DNA of 64,000 bases from positions 3,257 through 67,256 of the IMG/VR virus record IMGVR_UViG_3300026541_000034. The stretch is one strand, 5' to 3'. The stretch is from a virus (lineage: Duplodnaviria > Caudoviricetes). The notes under the pieces are model-generated. The model searched no databases, was not told where the DNA came from, and saw nothing but the letters and a program-made list of their open reading frames with translations. Shown here piece by piece: positions 34,402-44,962 of this stretch. Every line of letters begins with the position of its first letter. The first letter of the stretch is position 1. Made by a program: the position numbers and the translations under genes.

Positions 34402-36915
34402 ATGCCAACTCTATCCGAACTGATACTTGCAGAAGAAGAGGAAAGGGCATCTGACCTTGATGGCGGCGCTGTGCCCAGCCTTCAGAGCCAAACTGAGAGT
34501 ATACAGAGAATAGAAGGTGCTGAGGTTTCGTTATCGCAGCGCATTCGTGAGCAGCAACAATTGCGCGAGCAAGGAATCAGCACTCCTTCAGTTCAGGAAA
34601 TAGATGTATCTCAAAGGCAGGAGTTTTTGTCCAGTCAGGTAGGCGGCGGCCGATTGGGCGAGCCCGGCTTTGAAGATACGCTGATCCGAGCTGATATTGG
34701 CTTAGCCGATATATTCGCGGAGAAAAAAGCGAAGTTCCTGGACAGCTTCCCCGAAGGAGACTTTGTTCAGGTACAGGAGCCTCCAGTTGAGGCTGGTCGG
34801 TTTGCTACTGGTCGTGGCGGCGCGACAATCATGTTTCGCAGAAATCAAGATGAGCCGTTTGCCGAGTTTGACGCTGCCGCACTTGATAGGTTTGAACTTC
34901 TCGGAGATTTGGCGGATATTTCTGGCGATGTGCCGGCTATGGCTGGCGAAGTCGGCATGGCAATACTCACCCAAGGATCTAGCCTACCTCTTCAAATAGG
35001 AGCTATCGCAGCCGGGACGGTTGCCGGCGATGTGATCAAAGAGATCATGGAGGAGACAAGGGATTTTCTGACAGGCAAGAATTTCCAGCAAGAAACGCTC
35101 GGCGAAGAAATCGGCCGGATTGGCGCTAGGGCTGGGATAGCCGCTGCCGGTACGGCACTCAGTCCCTTGATCACGGGTCCTTTGAATATTTATCGGGGCG
35201 CGGCCTTGATGAAAATTCTTCCTGGTGCTCCCAAAGCCCAGATAGCTGCAAAAGTACTGGACATTCCTGCATTGCTTCCCAATCAGATCGCCGCTAGCCC
35301 GCTTGTTCAGCGCCTTGGACAGCAATCACAGGCAACGGTGAGCACACTGAGTAACTATGTCAGGGCACAGGAAAAAGCCACGGTGCAAGCCATCTCACGT
35401 TTGAGAGATGAAGATGCTTTGAAATTTGCTCTAGGCAATTTCCAGGTGATGCATGACGCTGCCTCGAAACAGGTTCTGGCTGGTGCTAAGGCGGCAAAGA
35501 CAAGTCTGACTGAGGGCGGGACGGCTATTCAGTATGGGATAGCGGAATATAATAATTTTGCAAGGGCAGCCGTGAATTCTGCTTATGCCCGCGCCCGCGA
35601 AGTCGCTACGCCAGAATTTGACTTGGCGCCAGCTTTGGCCGTTGCGAAAGAGTTGAAGATTGGTTCTTTCGGAGCTGGAAAGAAGGGCAAAGCGGTTAGC
35701 CTGCAAGCGCCGACAGCAGCTATCTCGGCGGAGATCAAGAAACTGGGATCGCTCAGTCCGTCGTTGCCGACGATCTCGCGCAATGGCGTCGTGATGACTG
35801 GGACTGACCAGCTTCGCGCTGTTCGCTCAAACCTGAATGCGTTGAAGTCAACAGCTCCTGCAGGATTGCGGACGCCAGAAGAGAGACTTACGAATTCGCA
35901 AGCGAATACGCTCTTCTTCGCGGTTGATCGCGTCCTCAAGAATCCGAAGAATGCTGATCCAAAGTTCCTCTCTGCCTGGAAAGAGGCCAATGATGTAGCG
36001 GCTGCAAAATTTGCTACGGAAGAAAAACTGATAATCACTCAGGCAACGAAATCGGAAACGCCAGCACAGATGGCTGACAGGCTGGCCAAGCCACTTCAAG
36101 TTGATAATCTGCAGGTCCTTAAAGACACGCTCCCCGAGGAGCAATTTAAGACATTCCAGAATGCGATTGAGACAGATTTCATTGCGCCGCAAAATATCAA
36201 CAATTTAACGAAGAGATTGAGGACCTTCGATAGTGACACTTTGGATCTTCTCATGACTAAGGAGGCGCAAGGTAATCTAAAGAAGATTGGTCGCGATATA
36301 GATCAAATCAATCAAATGGATATTTCCGGCATATTGGAGCGTCAATCCAGTGTCGCTGCCGTTGTCCGGGACTTGACGGACAGGAACGATACAGCCGCTA
36401 TTTCTCAATTGATCACCCGTGCCAACCAACTGCCGCCTGGTGGTCATCAGAAAAGAATAATACGTGCTGGCATTGTTGAAGATGTCTTCGATAAATCTAT
36501 TATTCGCCGAGAGAATGAATTCGTCCTGAACGGCAATCAATTCGCAAAAGAAATAAAGCGCTTAAAGGATACCGGTCTCGATAAAATCTTAACGCCAGAG
36601 GATAATGTCGTTCTCAACAATCTGGACGATGTCGCGGATTTCCTCAGTGTTACATCAGATTCCGGCACATCGCTTCAAGCGGCTTCTCTTGCTGCAGGAC
36701 TAAGACAGGGCGACGTGAATGCCCTGGTTACGTTGTTTGAGAATATCGGAACCGGACGGTTGCTTACCAATCGTGTTTTCCAAAGAGTCATGCTCGGCAC
36801 AGGCGCAGAGAGAAAGCCTTTCGCTGAATTTAGAGTAATGGGCGCCATATTGGGCCTCGAACTGACTGATTTTTCAAAAGCCAACGACGCTGAGAATCAG
36901 CCGCCGCCGAAATAA
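34402..36915 (+). CDS. Large DNA ejection / internal virion protein
   Basis: 837 aa helical protein, last of the ejection trio. Confidence 0.6.
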   Translation: MPTLSELILAEEEERASDLDGGAVPSLQSQTESIQRIEGAEVSLSQRIREQQQLREQGISTPSVQEIDVSQRQEFLSSQVGGGRLGEPGFEDTLIRADIGLADIFAEKKAKFLDSFPEGDFVQVQEPPVEAGRFATGRGGATIMFRRNQDEPFAEFDAAALDRFELLGDLADISGDVPAMAGEVGMAILTQGSSLPLQIGAIAAGTVAGDVIKEIMEETRDFLTGKNFQQETLGEEIGRIGARAGIAAAGTALSPLITGPLNIYRGAALMKILPGAPKAQIAAKVLDIPALLPNQIAASPLVQRLGQQSQATVSTLSNYVRAQEKATVQAISRLRDEDALKFALGNFQVMHDAASKQVLAGAKAAKTSLTEGGTAIQYGIAEYNNFARAAVNSAYARAREVATPEFDLAPALAVAKELKIGSFGAGKKGKAVSLQAPTAAISAEIKKLGSLSPSLPTISRNGVVMTGTDQLRAVRSNLNALKSTAPAGLRTPEERLTNSQANTLFFAVDRVLKNPKNADPKFLSAWKEANDVAAAKFATEEKLIITQATKSETPAQMADRLAKPLQVDNLQVLKDTLPEEQFKTFQNAIETDFIAPQNINNLTKRLRTFDSDTLDLLMTKEAQGNLKKIGRDIDQINQMDISGILERQSSVAAVVRDLTDRNDTAAISQLITRANQLPPGGHQKRIIRAGIVEDVFDKSIIRRENEFVLNGNQFAKEIKRLKDTGLDKILTPEDNVVLNNLDDVADFLSVTSDSGTSLQAASLAAGLRQGDVNALVTLFENIGTGRLLTNRVFQRVMLGTGAERKPFAEFRVMGAILGLELTDFSKANDAENQPPPK

Positions 36916-36978
36916 CGGTTTTTTTCATTCAACATTTTTCTGATCAGCGCCGCTCATAGCGGGCGTAAATCTATAGGT

Positions 36979-38247
36979 ATGCTCATGGGTAATCCATTTA
37001 CACCGTCTGCGATCAGTGCAGCGTACAATCTCAATCCGCCGACTGATGACGCCGCGAATACTGAGAATAATGAGGTTGAATGGCAAAAGCATGTTGACAA
37101 AATTGGCGACCCTTTAGTGGATTTCAATGAGTCAACAGATGCAAACGCCAACACCGCTTTCGCCAAAGTAGTTGGTGGCGCCGGGCTGCTTCCGACTGCG
37201 CTTAGCCGTCCAGGTCAAGAAACAGATCAAGGAAAACTTATTTCCGCGACGGCTTCTGGCATTGTGCTCACGACTCCCGATGCGGTCGCTGTTGACGATC
37301 CATTCGTTTATGCCTTTGTGAATAATTCCTTGGGCAATATCACCATTGATGGGAACGATGACCAGACTATCAATGGCAAAGAAAATGCTATTGTTGTTCC
37401 GCCAGGGAAAGGGGGCTTTCTATATACTGATGGTGTAAACTGGTTCGCCCCTGGTCTTAACTTTGACACGGTAGCGATTTTGCCTCGGTCTCATCTTGCG
37501 GGCCTCGTAACGGCGATCGGCACTGATACTGATCATGAAATCGATGTAAGGCTCGGTGAATGTCGCGACAGCACAAATCTGGTAAATCTTGCTCTCGCGG
37601 CGACCTTCTCTAAAAAAATTGATAATATCTGGGTTCCTGGCTCTGGTAATGGCGGCCTCGCCGATGGCGTAACGCTCACGACACAGCAATGGCTGCATAT
37701 GTTCCTTGTTGAGTTAGATGGTGGTGAGACAGATGTGGGATTTGATGAAGAAATTACTGCGACGAAGTTACTGAATACGAGTGGTGTTGGTACGAAGTTT
37801 AGGCGTATTGGCGCGGTGAAAACAGATGATTCTGAGAATTTATTCCCTTATCTACAGATTGGCGATGATTGGTGGTGGGCTGATAAGGGTCAACATAGAA
37901 TACTTGATGATGTACCGCTTACTGACAATGCGGTTAACTTCGATGCGCAGGTTCCGCCAGGACTTAAAATATATGCTCATTTATCACTTTCAGGTTTCCA
38001 AGATGACCTTAGTAGCAATTGGTCGGTTGTTGTTAGTGATCCAGATTTTCCCGCTATTAGTCCATTTGCATTCGGCAATTATACTATGAGAGCAACGGGT
38101 TTAGGAAATCACGAAAAGACTGAATTATTTAGTGTTTATACAAATGAAGATGGTGAAATTCGTTTCGGGACTACTGGTCCAGACGAGGACGTTAGATTCA
38201 GTATGGTAGCTCGTGGTTGGACTGACCGCAGAGGACGTGACGACTAA
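36979..38247 (+). CDS. Tail fibre / spike protein
   Basis: ITIDGN..TING fibre motif, beta-rich C-terminus ending GW.D.RG. Confidence 0.75.
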   Translation: MLMGNPFTPSAISAAYNLNPPTDDAANTENNEVEWQKHVDKIGDPLVDFNESTDANANTAFAKVVGGAGLLPTALSRPGQETDQGKLISATASGIVLTTPDAVAVDDPFVYAFVNNSLGNITIDGNDDQTINGKENAIVVPPGKGGFLYTDGVNWFAPGLNFDTVAILPRSHLAGLVTAIGTDTDHEIDVRLGECRDSTNLVNLALAATFSKKIDNIWVPGSGNGGLADGVTLTTQQWLHMFLVELDGGETDVGFDEEITATKLLNTSGVGTKFRRIGAVKTDDSENLFPYLQIGDDWWWADKGQHRILDDVPLTDNAVNFDAQVPPGLKIYAHLSLSGFQDDLSSNWSVVVSDPDFPAISPFAFGNYTMRATGLGNHEKTELFSVYTNEDGEIRFGTTGPDEDVRFSMVARGWTDRRGRDD

Positions 38248-39173
38248 TGAGTATGAATTTCTACGGCAAAGCCGAGCGCTTGACGGACGCGGGCATATGG
38301 CGCGCGGCTGAGTTCCTCGGCCTGGAGCGGGCGGCGAAGCTTCGCGCTGTGATGAAAGTCGAGTCGCTGAATTCCATGTTCAGGAAAGATCGGCGGCCAC
38401 CTATCCTATGTGAAGGACACATTTTCTATCGGAACTTGAAGGGCAAAAAGCGGAACCATGCTGTTCGCGATGGCCTTGCTGCGCGACGCTGGGGCGTTAT
38501 CAAGTACATGCGATCACACGCGGGGCGATATCGTAAGCTTGAGCGCATGATGGCTATTGATGAAGTGGCCGCGCTTAAGTCAGCGTCCTGGGGCGGCCCA
38601 CAGATTCTTGGTCAGAACCATAAGCAATGTGAATATGCAAGCGTTCATGGGTTCGTCGCTGCTATGTGCGCGTCTGGTGATAACCAGATTATGGCAATGG
38701 CAAGGTTCATCAAGAATGATAAACGTAAGCTTCACAGCAAGATTGCCTATCGCCGCATTACGATGCACGAGGCAATGAAGATTGGCGACTGGCACGTTTT
38801 CGCAGAACTGTACAACGGCCCCGCGCAAGAAAAACACAATTACGAAGGCCGGATTAGTAAAGCTGTGCGCTACTTCGTGCGCCGGCCGCTGGCGAAGCAA
38901 CTGGCCAAGATTGAGCGCGAAGAGCTTATCAAAGAAGTGGCGCCGCCGACGAAGGTCCAGGAGGTCGTCCAGCAGGGCAAGAAGGATCTCGTCGAGAAGG
39001 TCGCGCCTCTCTCTATTTCTGCAATCCTGATCCAGCAGTTCACCGACTCAGCAAGTGAGCTTTCCGGCGTCGCGACGTACCTGCCGGCCTTGGGCACATT
39101 CGCCGCCGTTCTCGTCGGTCTCGCCGTATGCCTAGCGCTGTACAACGTCGCCAAGACATGGAGGGCCGCGTAA
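38247..39173 (+). CDS. N-acetylmuramidase (DUF3380/PF11860-like) endolysin with hydrophobic C-terminus
   Basis: VES, EGH.FYR, SASWG..QI.G.NH, W..FA..YNGP..Y. Confidence 0.88.
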   Translation: MSMNFYGKAERLTDAGIWRAAEFLGLERAAKLRAVMKVESLNSMFRKDRRPPILCEGHIFYRNLKGKKRNHAVRDGLAARRWGVIKYMRSHAGRYRKLERMMAIDEVAALKSASWGGPQILGQNHKQCEYASVHGFVAAMCASGDNQIMAMARFIKNDKRKLHSKIAYRRITMHEAMKIGDWHVFAELYNGPAQEKHNYEGRISKAVRYFVRRPLAKQLAKIEREELIKEVAPPTKVQEVVQQGKKDLVEKVAPLSISAILIQQFTDSASELSGVATYLPALGTFAAVLVGLAVCLALYNVAKTWRAA

Positions 39174-39499
39174 TGTCATTCTTCCTCAGAATGGGGCTCC
39201 AGGGACTCAGCGCGCTCATACCCTTCAAGTCTCTGCTCTATATAGGGCTAATTGCGGGCGTCGTAGGCTCGCTGGTGTTGTTCATCAACGTCCGCGACGC
39301 AAACCTCATCAAAGAGGCAAGGGCCGCCAGTGACGCTATATGGGGCGAGAAGATCGCGGTTGAAAACCTCAAACATGAAAGGGAGATTTCAGATGCAGAG
39401 AAAGCTGCTCGCAATGTTATTCCTGTTTCTGCTGACAGGGCTGAGCGCTTGCGGGTCTGCGCCAGTGAAATACATAACTGTCGTCAAACTAGTGAGTGA
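39173..39499 (+). CDS. i-spanin (Rz-like)
   Basis: N-terminal membrane helix plus coiled coil; overlaps the lipoprotein ORF. Confidence 0.7.
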   Translation: MSFFLRMGLQGLSALIPFKSLLYIGLIAGVVGSLVLFINVRDANLIKEARAASDAIWGEKIAVENLKHEREISDAEKAARNVIPVSADRAERLRVCASEIHNCRQTSE

Positions 39500-39608
39500 T
39501 CATTGTCGCGTGTATAGTACGAAAGACAGTTGGCATCCAGACGACACTCAGAAGACAATAGACAAAGTCCGCAAAGACAACGCCAAGTACGCAGAAATGT
39601 GCAAATAG
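39393..39608 (+). CDS. o-spanin (Rz1-like lipoprotein)
   Basis: Lipobox LSAC; overlaps the Rz-like gene. Confidence 0.75.
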   Translation: MQRKLLAMLFLFLLTGLSACGSAPVKYITVVKLVSDHCRVYSTKDSWHPDDTQKTIDKVRKDNAKYAEMCK

Positions 39609-39744
39609 AAGCGCCTGCCTGGAGCGAAACGCTAGAAACACCCCAGACAGACTTGACGCTACAACCGCTTGAACGGCTGTGCGCCCTCATTCATTCAACC
39701 CTAGATTGACGGCAAGGCCAAGAGATTAAAGATGGCAACAGCAA

Positions 39745-40065
39745 ATGACAGGTTCAGCCAAACCAGACACAGCACTGTACCCTCGCCCGAGCCAGGACTT
39801 TTACGACATCCAGTGGAGACTGAGAATGGCGGAGAGAATGGCTACGCTCGAAGCGGGCCTTCGAACGGGTCTGCGAGACAGGAGCGAGAGCCAGCACAGC
39901 AACGTTTTGGACCGCGACAGGGCCAGAAAGCTGGAGCTGTCAATGGCAAGGTTGAGGGGGGACTTGATCAATTTGCGTCTGATCGTGAAACTTCTCATAC
40001 TCGCAGCCCTCATGGCCGCAAGCGTAACGTTTCCAGACATAATCGGTCTGCTTGGTCTTATCTGA
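39745..40065 (+). CDS. Coiled-coil plus C-terminal membrane helix protein (holin candidate)
   Basis: LIVKLLILAALMAASVTFPDIIGLLGLI; start uncertain. Confidence 0.45.
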   Translation: MTGSAKPDTALYPRPSQDFYDIQWRLRMAERMATLEAGLRTGLRDRSESQHSNVLDRDRARKLELSMARLRGDLINLRLIVKLLILAALMAASVTFPDIIGLLGLI

Positions 40066-40118
40066 AACGTCGGATGATAGCGGTTGTTGATGTGCTCAAC
40101 TTGGGCTGGGGCACCTAC

Positions 40119-40430
40119 TTAGTAGGGCTCGTTCTCGTTCATTTTTTGATATGAGTCTATTTTAAAAGGCACCGTAAGTGCGTCGCTCGTTGAATATTTG
40201 CCTATGTTGACGAGGATGTCATGAATTTCCAGGCATTCATCAGCGCGAATTTTATTCTCTTTCGCACCGTAATGTTCTCCAGCTTTCGTGCATACTTCCA
40301 CCATTTTGACATATTGCCGGTGCCGGGCTAGCAGCAAAGTAGTTACCAATATTTCTTCGATTTCCCTGCTCACTCTCCGAGCGTCCTCTTCATGGTAGGG
40401 CGTTACGATAGCCCTACTCCACGCAGACAA
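40119..40430 (-). CDS. Hypothetical protein
   Basis: 103-aa ORF; start uncertain. Confidence 0.45.
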   Translation of the reverse strand: MSAWSRAIVTPYHEEDARRVSREIEEILVTTLLLARHRQYVKMVEVCTKAGEHYGAKENKIRADECLEIHDILVNIGKYSTSDALTVPFKIDSYQKMNENEPY

Positions 40431-40450
40431 TGGAGTAGGGCTTTTTTATT
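40410..40450 (+). terminator. Intrinsic terminator
   Basis: AGCCCTACTCCA-N9-TGGAGTAGGGCT followed by a T run. Confidence 0.75.
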
Positions 40451-40579
40451 TCAGGCAAGAGAAAGCCTCGCAACTGCCGGGTGGTTGATCCATACAGCTA
40501 CGAGGCTCTATCCTCTCTATCGGAACTTGGGGGTCCGTTAAAGCTCAGAGAGGAATTCCTTAAATGTGATTGACATAAC

Positions 40580-41254
40580 TCAGTTGAGTAACCAGGTAAT
40601 GCCTGCGCGCGCCGCTATAAAGTTAGCATCAGTATTAGTATCCTCAAATTCGAAACCGTAGTGCAACACTTCAGCGCGGACTGTCATATTTTCCATAATT
40701 TTCATTTCCGCACCGCCGCCTACGACAAAACCTGTTTCGCTATATTCTTCGGAGTCTGTAAAAGTGGTTATTCCATCCGTGATCGCATAATCCACCTCAG
40801 CTTCTGTCCAGGCGATGCCACCCGTAACATAGAGTAATGTTTTATCAGAAACAACAGCACCAATACGTCCACGGATACTTGCAAGATAGTTAAAATCTAC
40901 ATCCAATTGATCGCATATACCAAGAACACATCCACTTTCAGTGTAATCGGCACCTAAAGAAGAAATATCACCTTCAATTCCGTATAAAAAGCCGCCATTA
41001 ACGATATTGAAGCCTCCGTGGATACCCCCGACGAATCCTCCGTCAAGATCTTCATCGGCACCATTATTAGTGTTTTCGAGATTTCCCGTACCGTAACCCA
41101 CATGGCCACCAATATAAGGGCCGCTCTTCCATCCACTATTCGATTCGCCACTATGCGATTCGAAAGGACTAATCATATCAGCAGCGCTGACCTTGCTTAT
41201 AAAGCAGGTAAGAACAAAAGCCCCTACCAGTAATTTCAATGTCAACTTTTTCAT
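40580..41254 (-). CDS. Outer-membrane beta-barrel, Omp25/RopB (OmpA-like) family
   Basis: Signal peptide, W.G.YIGG..GYG, YGIEGD, SIRGRIG, GFVVGGGAE, C-terminal aromatic. Confidence 0.92.
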   Translation of the reverse strand: MKKLTLKLLVGAFVLTCFISKVSAADMISPFESHSGESNSGWKSGPYIGGHVGYGTGNLENTNNGADEDLDGGFVGGIHGGFNIVNGGFLYGIEGDISSLGADYTESGCVLGICDQLDVDFNYLASIRGRIGAVVSDKTLLYVTGGIAWTEAEVDYAITDGITTFTDSEEYSETGFVVGGGAEMKIMENMTVRAEVLHYGFEFEDTNTDANFIAARAGITWLLN

Positions 41255-41277
41255 AGTTTTGGTTTCCCTATTGTTGA

Positions 41278-42936
41278 TTACCACTCGTAACGAGCGCCGC
41301 CCTTGAGAGCCCAGTCATTGCTGCCGCTGTCGCTGTCAAGCAAAGTGGAACCACCTATATAAGTGGTAATTTCACTGTTGAAACGAATGCTTGCGGTGAT
41401 GCCCAGAGCTTCAGCACCGTCTGTCATTCCGAAGCCGCCCGCAATGGACCCAGTCTTACCTGGACTTACGTAATCTGATGGAATGGCGAGCGCGAGCGCG
41501 AGCGAGTCTTTGATGGCTTGCTCATTCTGATCGATCCGAGAGCTGTTAGTGTCGATCCGAGAACTGTTTCTTTTGACACCGAGTCTGTTGTCCTCAACAG
41601 CGCCAACATTGCCTCCGGTTGCGTATGTTAGAATGTCGTTTGTGTTTTTGTCGATCTTCACGTCCTGAGCATCATCGGCAGTTATGCGCTCAGCCGTCTC
41701 TGTTGCTATATCAGTAGCATTGTCGTCAATCCGCACTCCTAGAGCATCGTCACGAGAGACTGAAGCAGTACTTTCGGTATCAATTCTCGTGCCTAGAGCG
41801 CGATCATCAGCAATTGATGTCGCTTTATCATCATCCATCTGCCTTTCTAAAGTTATGTCACGATCAAGTGAAGCAGCACTTTCGGCATCAATTCGATCAT
41901 CTAGATCATCGTCACGAGCTTCCGAAGCAAATCTTTCGTTATTGATCCTTACACGTAGAGCTTCGTCACGATCTTCTGAAGCAGTGCTTTCTGTCTCAAT
42001 CGCCGTTGTATTGCCGCCGATTGCAGTGGCTAACCCGGTGTCGCGATCTCTCGATGCTTGATCTACCTTTTCAATTTCTGTTTTGTTGACGCTAATCTCT
42101 GTATCGAGATCACGGATTGTTTCTTGGTTGTGATTAGCTGTCTTGCGAACTTCTTCAATATCTTTTTCGTTGGTTTCAGCTATGTGCTCGACGTCCGTTA
42201 GGCGCTGATCGCCATTAAAGTCATCGCCTTTGTCACCTTTGTCACCCTTGTCGCCTACGGCACCGGCTACACCTATATCGCCTTTGTCACCGTCGTCGCC
42301 TTTGGCTCCGTCGTTGCCTATGGCTCCGGCTAGACCCGTTTCGCCTTTGTCACCGTCGTCGCCTTTGGCTCCGTCGTTGCCTATGGCTCCGTCGTTGCCT
42401 TTGGCTCCGTCGTTGCCTTTGGCTCCGTCGTTGCCTTTGGCGCCATCGTCGCCTTTGGCACCATCGTCGCCTTTGTCACCCTTCTCGCCTGGTACAATTG
42501 CTGCAATTGCTGCATTCTGGTCTGCGTCAGTTGTCGCCTGTGTTGCTGCTGCGGCGGCTGCTGCTGAGTTCTGGTCTGCGTCAGTTGTCGCCTGTGCTGC
42601 AGCGGCGGCGGCGTCTGCGGCTATACGGGCCGCTTCCTCGGCTTTGATGTCTTCGTAATTGAACTCTATTACTTCTTTATTCCGCGCAACAACGTTACCT
42701 TGATCCCATTCAGCCTGAAGCTCATGGCCAAATGCTGTACTAGCTTCATCGCCTACAGCAAGAAATTCCGCAATATAAGCGGGGGTAACGTTGCATACAT
42801 CACCGCTATCACCACCTTCCGTAGTGGGGCCTTTGTCATGAACTGCGATAGTGCAATTATGTTTTGCCATCGCCCCGCTTGTGTAGATGGTAAGAGCAAA
42901 CGCTCCTGCCAATAATTGCAATGCTATTTTTCGCAT
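41278..42936 (-). CDS. Trimeric autotransporter adhesin (YadA-type anchor) with collagen-like stalk
   Basis: Signal peptide, 30 G-X-Y triplets, coiled coils, anchor ending GGARYEW. Confidence 0.9.
   Translation of the reverse strand: MRKIALQLLAGAFALTIYTSGAMAKHNCTIAVHDKGPTTEGGDSGDVCNVTPAYIAEFLAVGDEASTAFGHELQAEWDQGNVVARNKEVIEFNYEDIKAEEAARIAADAAAAAAQATTDADQNSAAAAAAATQATTDADQNAAIAAIVPGEKGDKGDDGAKGDDGAKGNDGAKGNDGAKGNDGAIGNDGAKGDDGDKGETGLAGAIGNDGAKGDDGDKGDIGVAGAVGDKGDKGDKGDDFNGDQRLTDVEHIAETNEKDIEEVRKTANHNQETIRDLDTEISVNKTEIEKVDQASRDRDTGLATAIGGNTTAIETESTASEDRDEALRVRINNERFASEARDDDLDDRIDAESAASLDRDITLERQMDDDKATSIADDRALGTRIDTESTASVSRDDALGVRIDDNATDIATETAERITADDAQDVKIDKNTNDILTYATGGNVGAVEDNRLGVKRNSSRIDTNSSRIDQNEQAIKDSLALALAIPSDYVSPGKTGSIAGGFGMTDGAEALGITASIRFNSEITTYIGGSTLLDSDSGSNDWALKGGARYEW
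42230..42490 (-). repeat. Tandem 9/18-bp repeats encoding GAKGDD/GAKGND
   Basis: Repeated GTCGTTGCCTTTGGCTCC units. Confidence 0.85.
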
Positions 42937-43200
42937 TTTGTATTTCCCTTGATTGCCTAAGTCCAAATTTTGATTTGAGCGGGCCTCCCAGGTAGCGGCG
43001 TTCTGGGAGGCCCTGTGTGCCCCCGGCTGCTAGTGGGTAGAAGCCAAAGATCCAAGCCTTCTAATGAATATCCGCTATTCCAGCCCCCTTCTCTATGTCA
43101 TTTGGCACACTGCTACATGGAATCACGGCAGAGCAAACCAGAAATTTATGATTTCAACAAAAAATTTGAGGATCGTGTCTTCTGCGCAACATGAGAAAAG

Positions 43201-43413
43201 TCAAGCTGCCTTACACATTTTCTTTATCTGGACGATTAATCTCGCGGCGAAATCAACCGTTTTCCCGTCACGATGCACTTGCTCTAATAAAGTTGCGCGT
43301 TGATCATGTAATTTGAGAATTACACGGCGCAATCGGAAAATTTCCTCTGCCGCTTCATTGGTCAGGACATTGGCAGATTCGTTCTCCTGGAGACGCACTA
43401 TGATATCTTGCAT
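43201..43413 (-). CDS. Small coiled-coil protein
   Basis: DIIVRL..EAAEEIFRLR motif. Confidence 0.6.
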   Translation of the reverse strand: MQDIIVRLQENESANVLTNEAAEEIFRLRRVILKLHDQRATLLEQVHRDGKTVDFAARLIVQIKKMCKAA

Positions 43414-43419
43414 GTTTTA

Positions 43420-43650
43420 TTATAGGATTATCTTGTAACGCGGAGCGGTGGCGTTTCTTATATCAGCGGACGCGAGTTGGGATTGCCCGTTGATATTTAT
43501 GAGATAGGTTTCCGTTCTGACGCACTTGTCACTCTTGAAAAAATCGAAGGTCACACACCCTGGGACTTCGTCTCTAGCGCAGACTCGTTCATGCCAGGAG
43601 AGATGCTTTTTAACCTCAGCTTCCGATGAGATGCGATTTGTGACGCTCAT
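43420..43650 (-). CDS. Hypothetical protein
   Basis: 76-aa ORF, SD AAAGGA. Confidence 0.55.
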   Translation of the reverse strand: MSVTNRISSEAEVKKHLSWHERVCARDEVPGCVTFDFFKSDKCVRTETYLININGQSQLASADIRNATAPRYKIIL

Positions 43651-43663
43651 AGTGTTTTTTCCT

Positions 43664-44035
43664 TTATTGTATAATTTTGATTTTTCGCATTACGCCGTTG
43701 ATCAGCTCAGTCAGAGCATCAAGAGCTGGACCTTTGTCCTCTCTTAATTTTTCACCAAAATAGGATGGAAAGCGATCTTCGTTGTAGTCAATGTTAAATG
43801 CGAAACATCCGCGCTTCATGATTGATATGTACAGGTAGCCATACCCCCTAATGCCCCCTTGTAGATATCCAAAACTTCTTGGGGATACGGTGAAGAGAAT
43901 ATCGAAATGAGTGTCCTTGCAATCGGTCCAGGCAACAATGCAAGATCCATTTAACATCAATTGGTCGGCTATTGCTTCGTAGCTGTCTGGTCCATTTACA
44001 ACCTGTTGCCATTTGTCGAGAATTGGTCCTGTCAT
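43664..44035 (-). CDS. Hypothetical protein, paralog of 45366-45746
   Basis: NG.D.Y.AIA..W.D..TH.DILFT..ELINGVMR. Confidence 0.75.
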   Translation of the reverse strand: MTGPILDKWQQVVNGPDSYEAIADQLMLNGSCIVAWTDCKDTHFDILFTVSPRSFGYLQGGIRGYGYLYISIMKRGCFAFNIDYNEDRFPSYFGEKLREDKGPALDALTELINGVMRKIKIIQ

Positions 44036-44592
44036 AATTTATCTCATTTTGGGCTTGCAATCTCTGCGGCATTTTATTATATATAGAGCTGGTCCGATAG
44101 ATCAATTATGTTGTTCATTCGAACATTTCTATATACCCAAGTTAGCATTAGTCCAGGAGCGGCACCTTCAAACAGGTGTCGCTCTTTTTGTCGTGCCCTG
44201 ATCGATTCTGAGGTCGTCCAGGAAAATGAGAGCCCATACTATCCGATCGATCGCATATAGCAAAGCTTCATTCTCCTGGACACTGCACAAACCAACACCC
44301 TCCCGAAAGTTGTTTTTCGCGCTACCGTAATTACGATAAATTTTTAATGATTTGTGGACTCAGATTCTGTAGCTTGGCCTTAGCCATGGCGATTTGTCCT
44401 TAAATCGTTGGTCGCTGTGGTTAGGGGCTATCGGGTGTTTGCCGCACTCGGTAGTCCCGCCTCTATAAGGCAGCCACAAGAAACTTACGTTATACCTAAT
44501 GATTCGTATTAACAAGAGATTGGTTACTTGTCTAGCCAGTCAATTCAAGCGTGCGGACGTTTTACACATAAAAATGAAGTGTATTCAATCAG

Positions 44593-44961
44593 TTAAGACG
44601 TTCCAGATTTTCCGTTCAGCGGGAATAAACGATTCAGCAGTTCGTCCTTTGTCAACCGAGTGGTTGCCACCGTATATCCGCTCAATATGTCCAATACAAA
44701 TTTAAACACATCTTCCTTGGTTTCATTCTCCGCGATCATGCACTGATAGCTGATTGCCTCTACATATGCCTTGATCCTATCTTCCTCTGGATATCGATCA
44801 ATCGTTCTGTAAACGCAGAACAGGAAACAAGAGGCCATATCCATTACGCTGATCTCGTGACCTTCTTCGATCAAGGCGTCGGCTTTCTCATAGGCTACGC
44901 TTCCGATGGCATTGCTGAGTTCCGCCAAGACTCTCATGCGCTTTTCCGATTTATCTTCCAT
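44593..44961 (-). CDS. Hypothetical protein
   Basis: 122-aa ORF, SD AGGAG. Confidence 0.7.
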   Translation of the reverse strand: MEDKSEKRMRVLAELSNAIGSVAYEKADALIEEGHEISVMDMASCFLFCVYRTIDRYPEEDRIKAYVEAISYQCMIAENETKEDVFKFVLDILSGYTVATTRLTKDELLNRLFPLNGKSGTS

Positions 44962-44962
44962 G

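Noticed and set aside
19202-38900. Many antisense ORFs in the track across structural genes
   Set aside because: They are shadow frames of long, well-supported plus-strand genes, with no motifs or RBS.
44160-44390. Frameshifted gene on the minus strand
   Set aside because: Two short frames could be joined, but there is no recognisable homology to support a pseudogene call.
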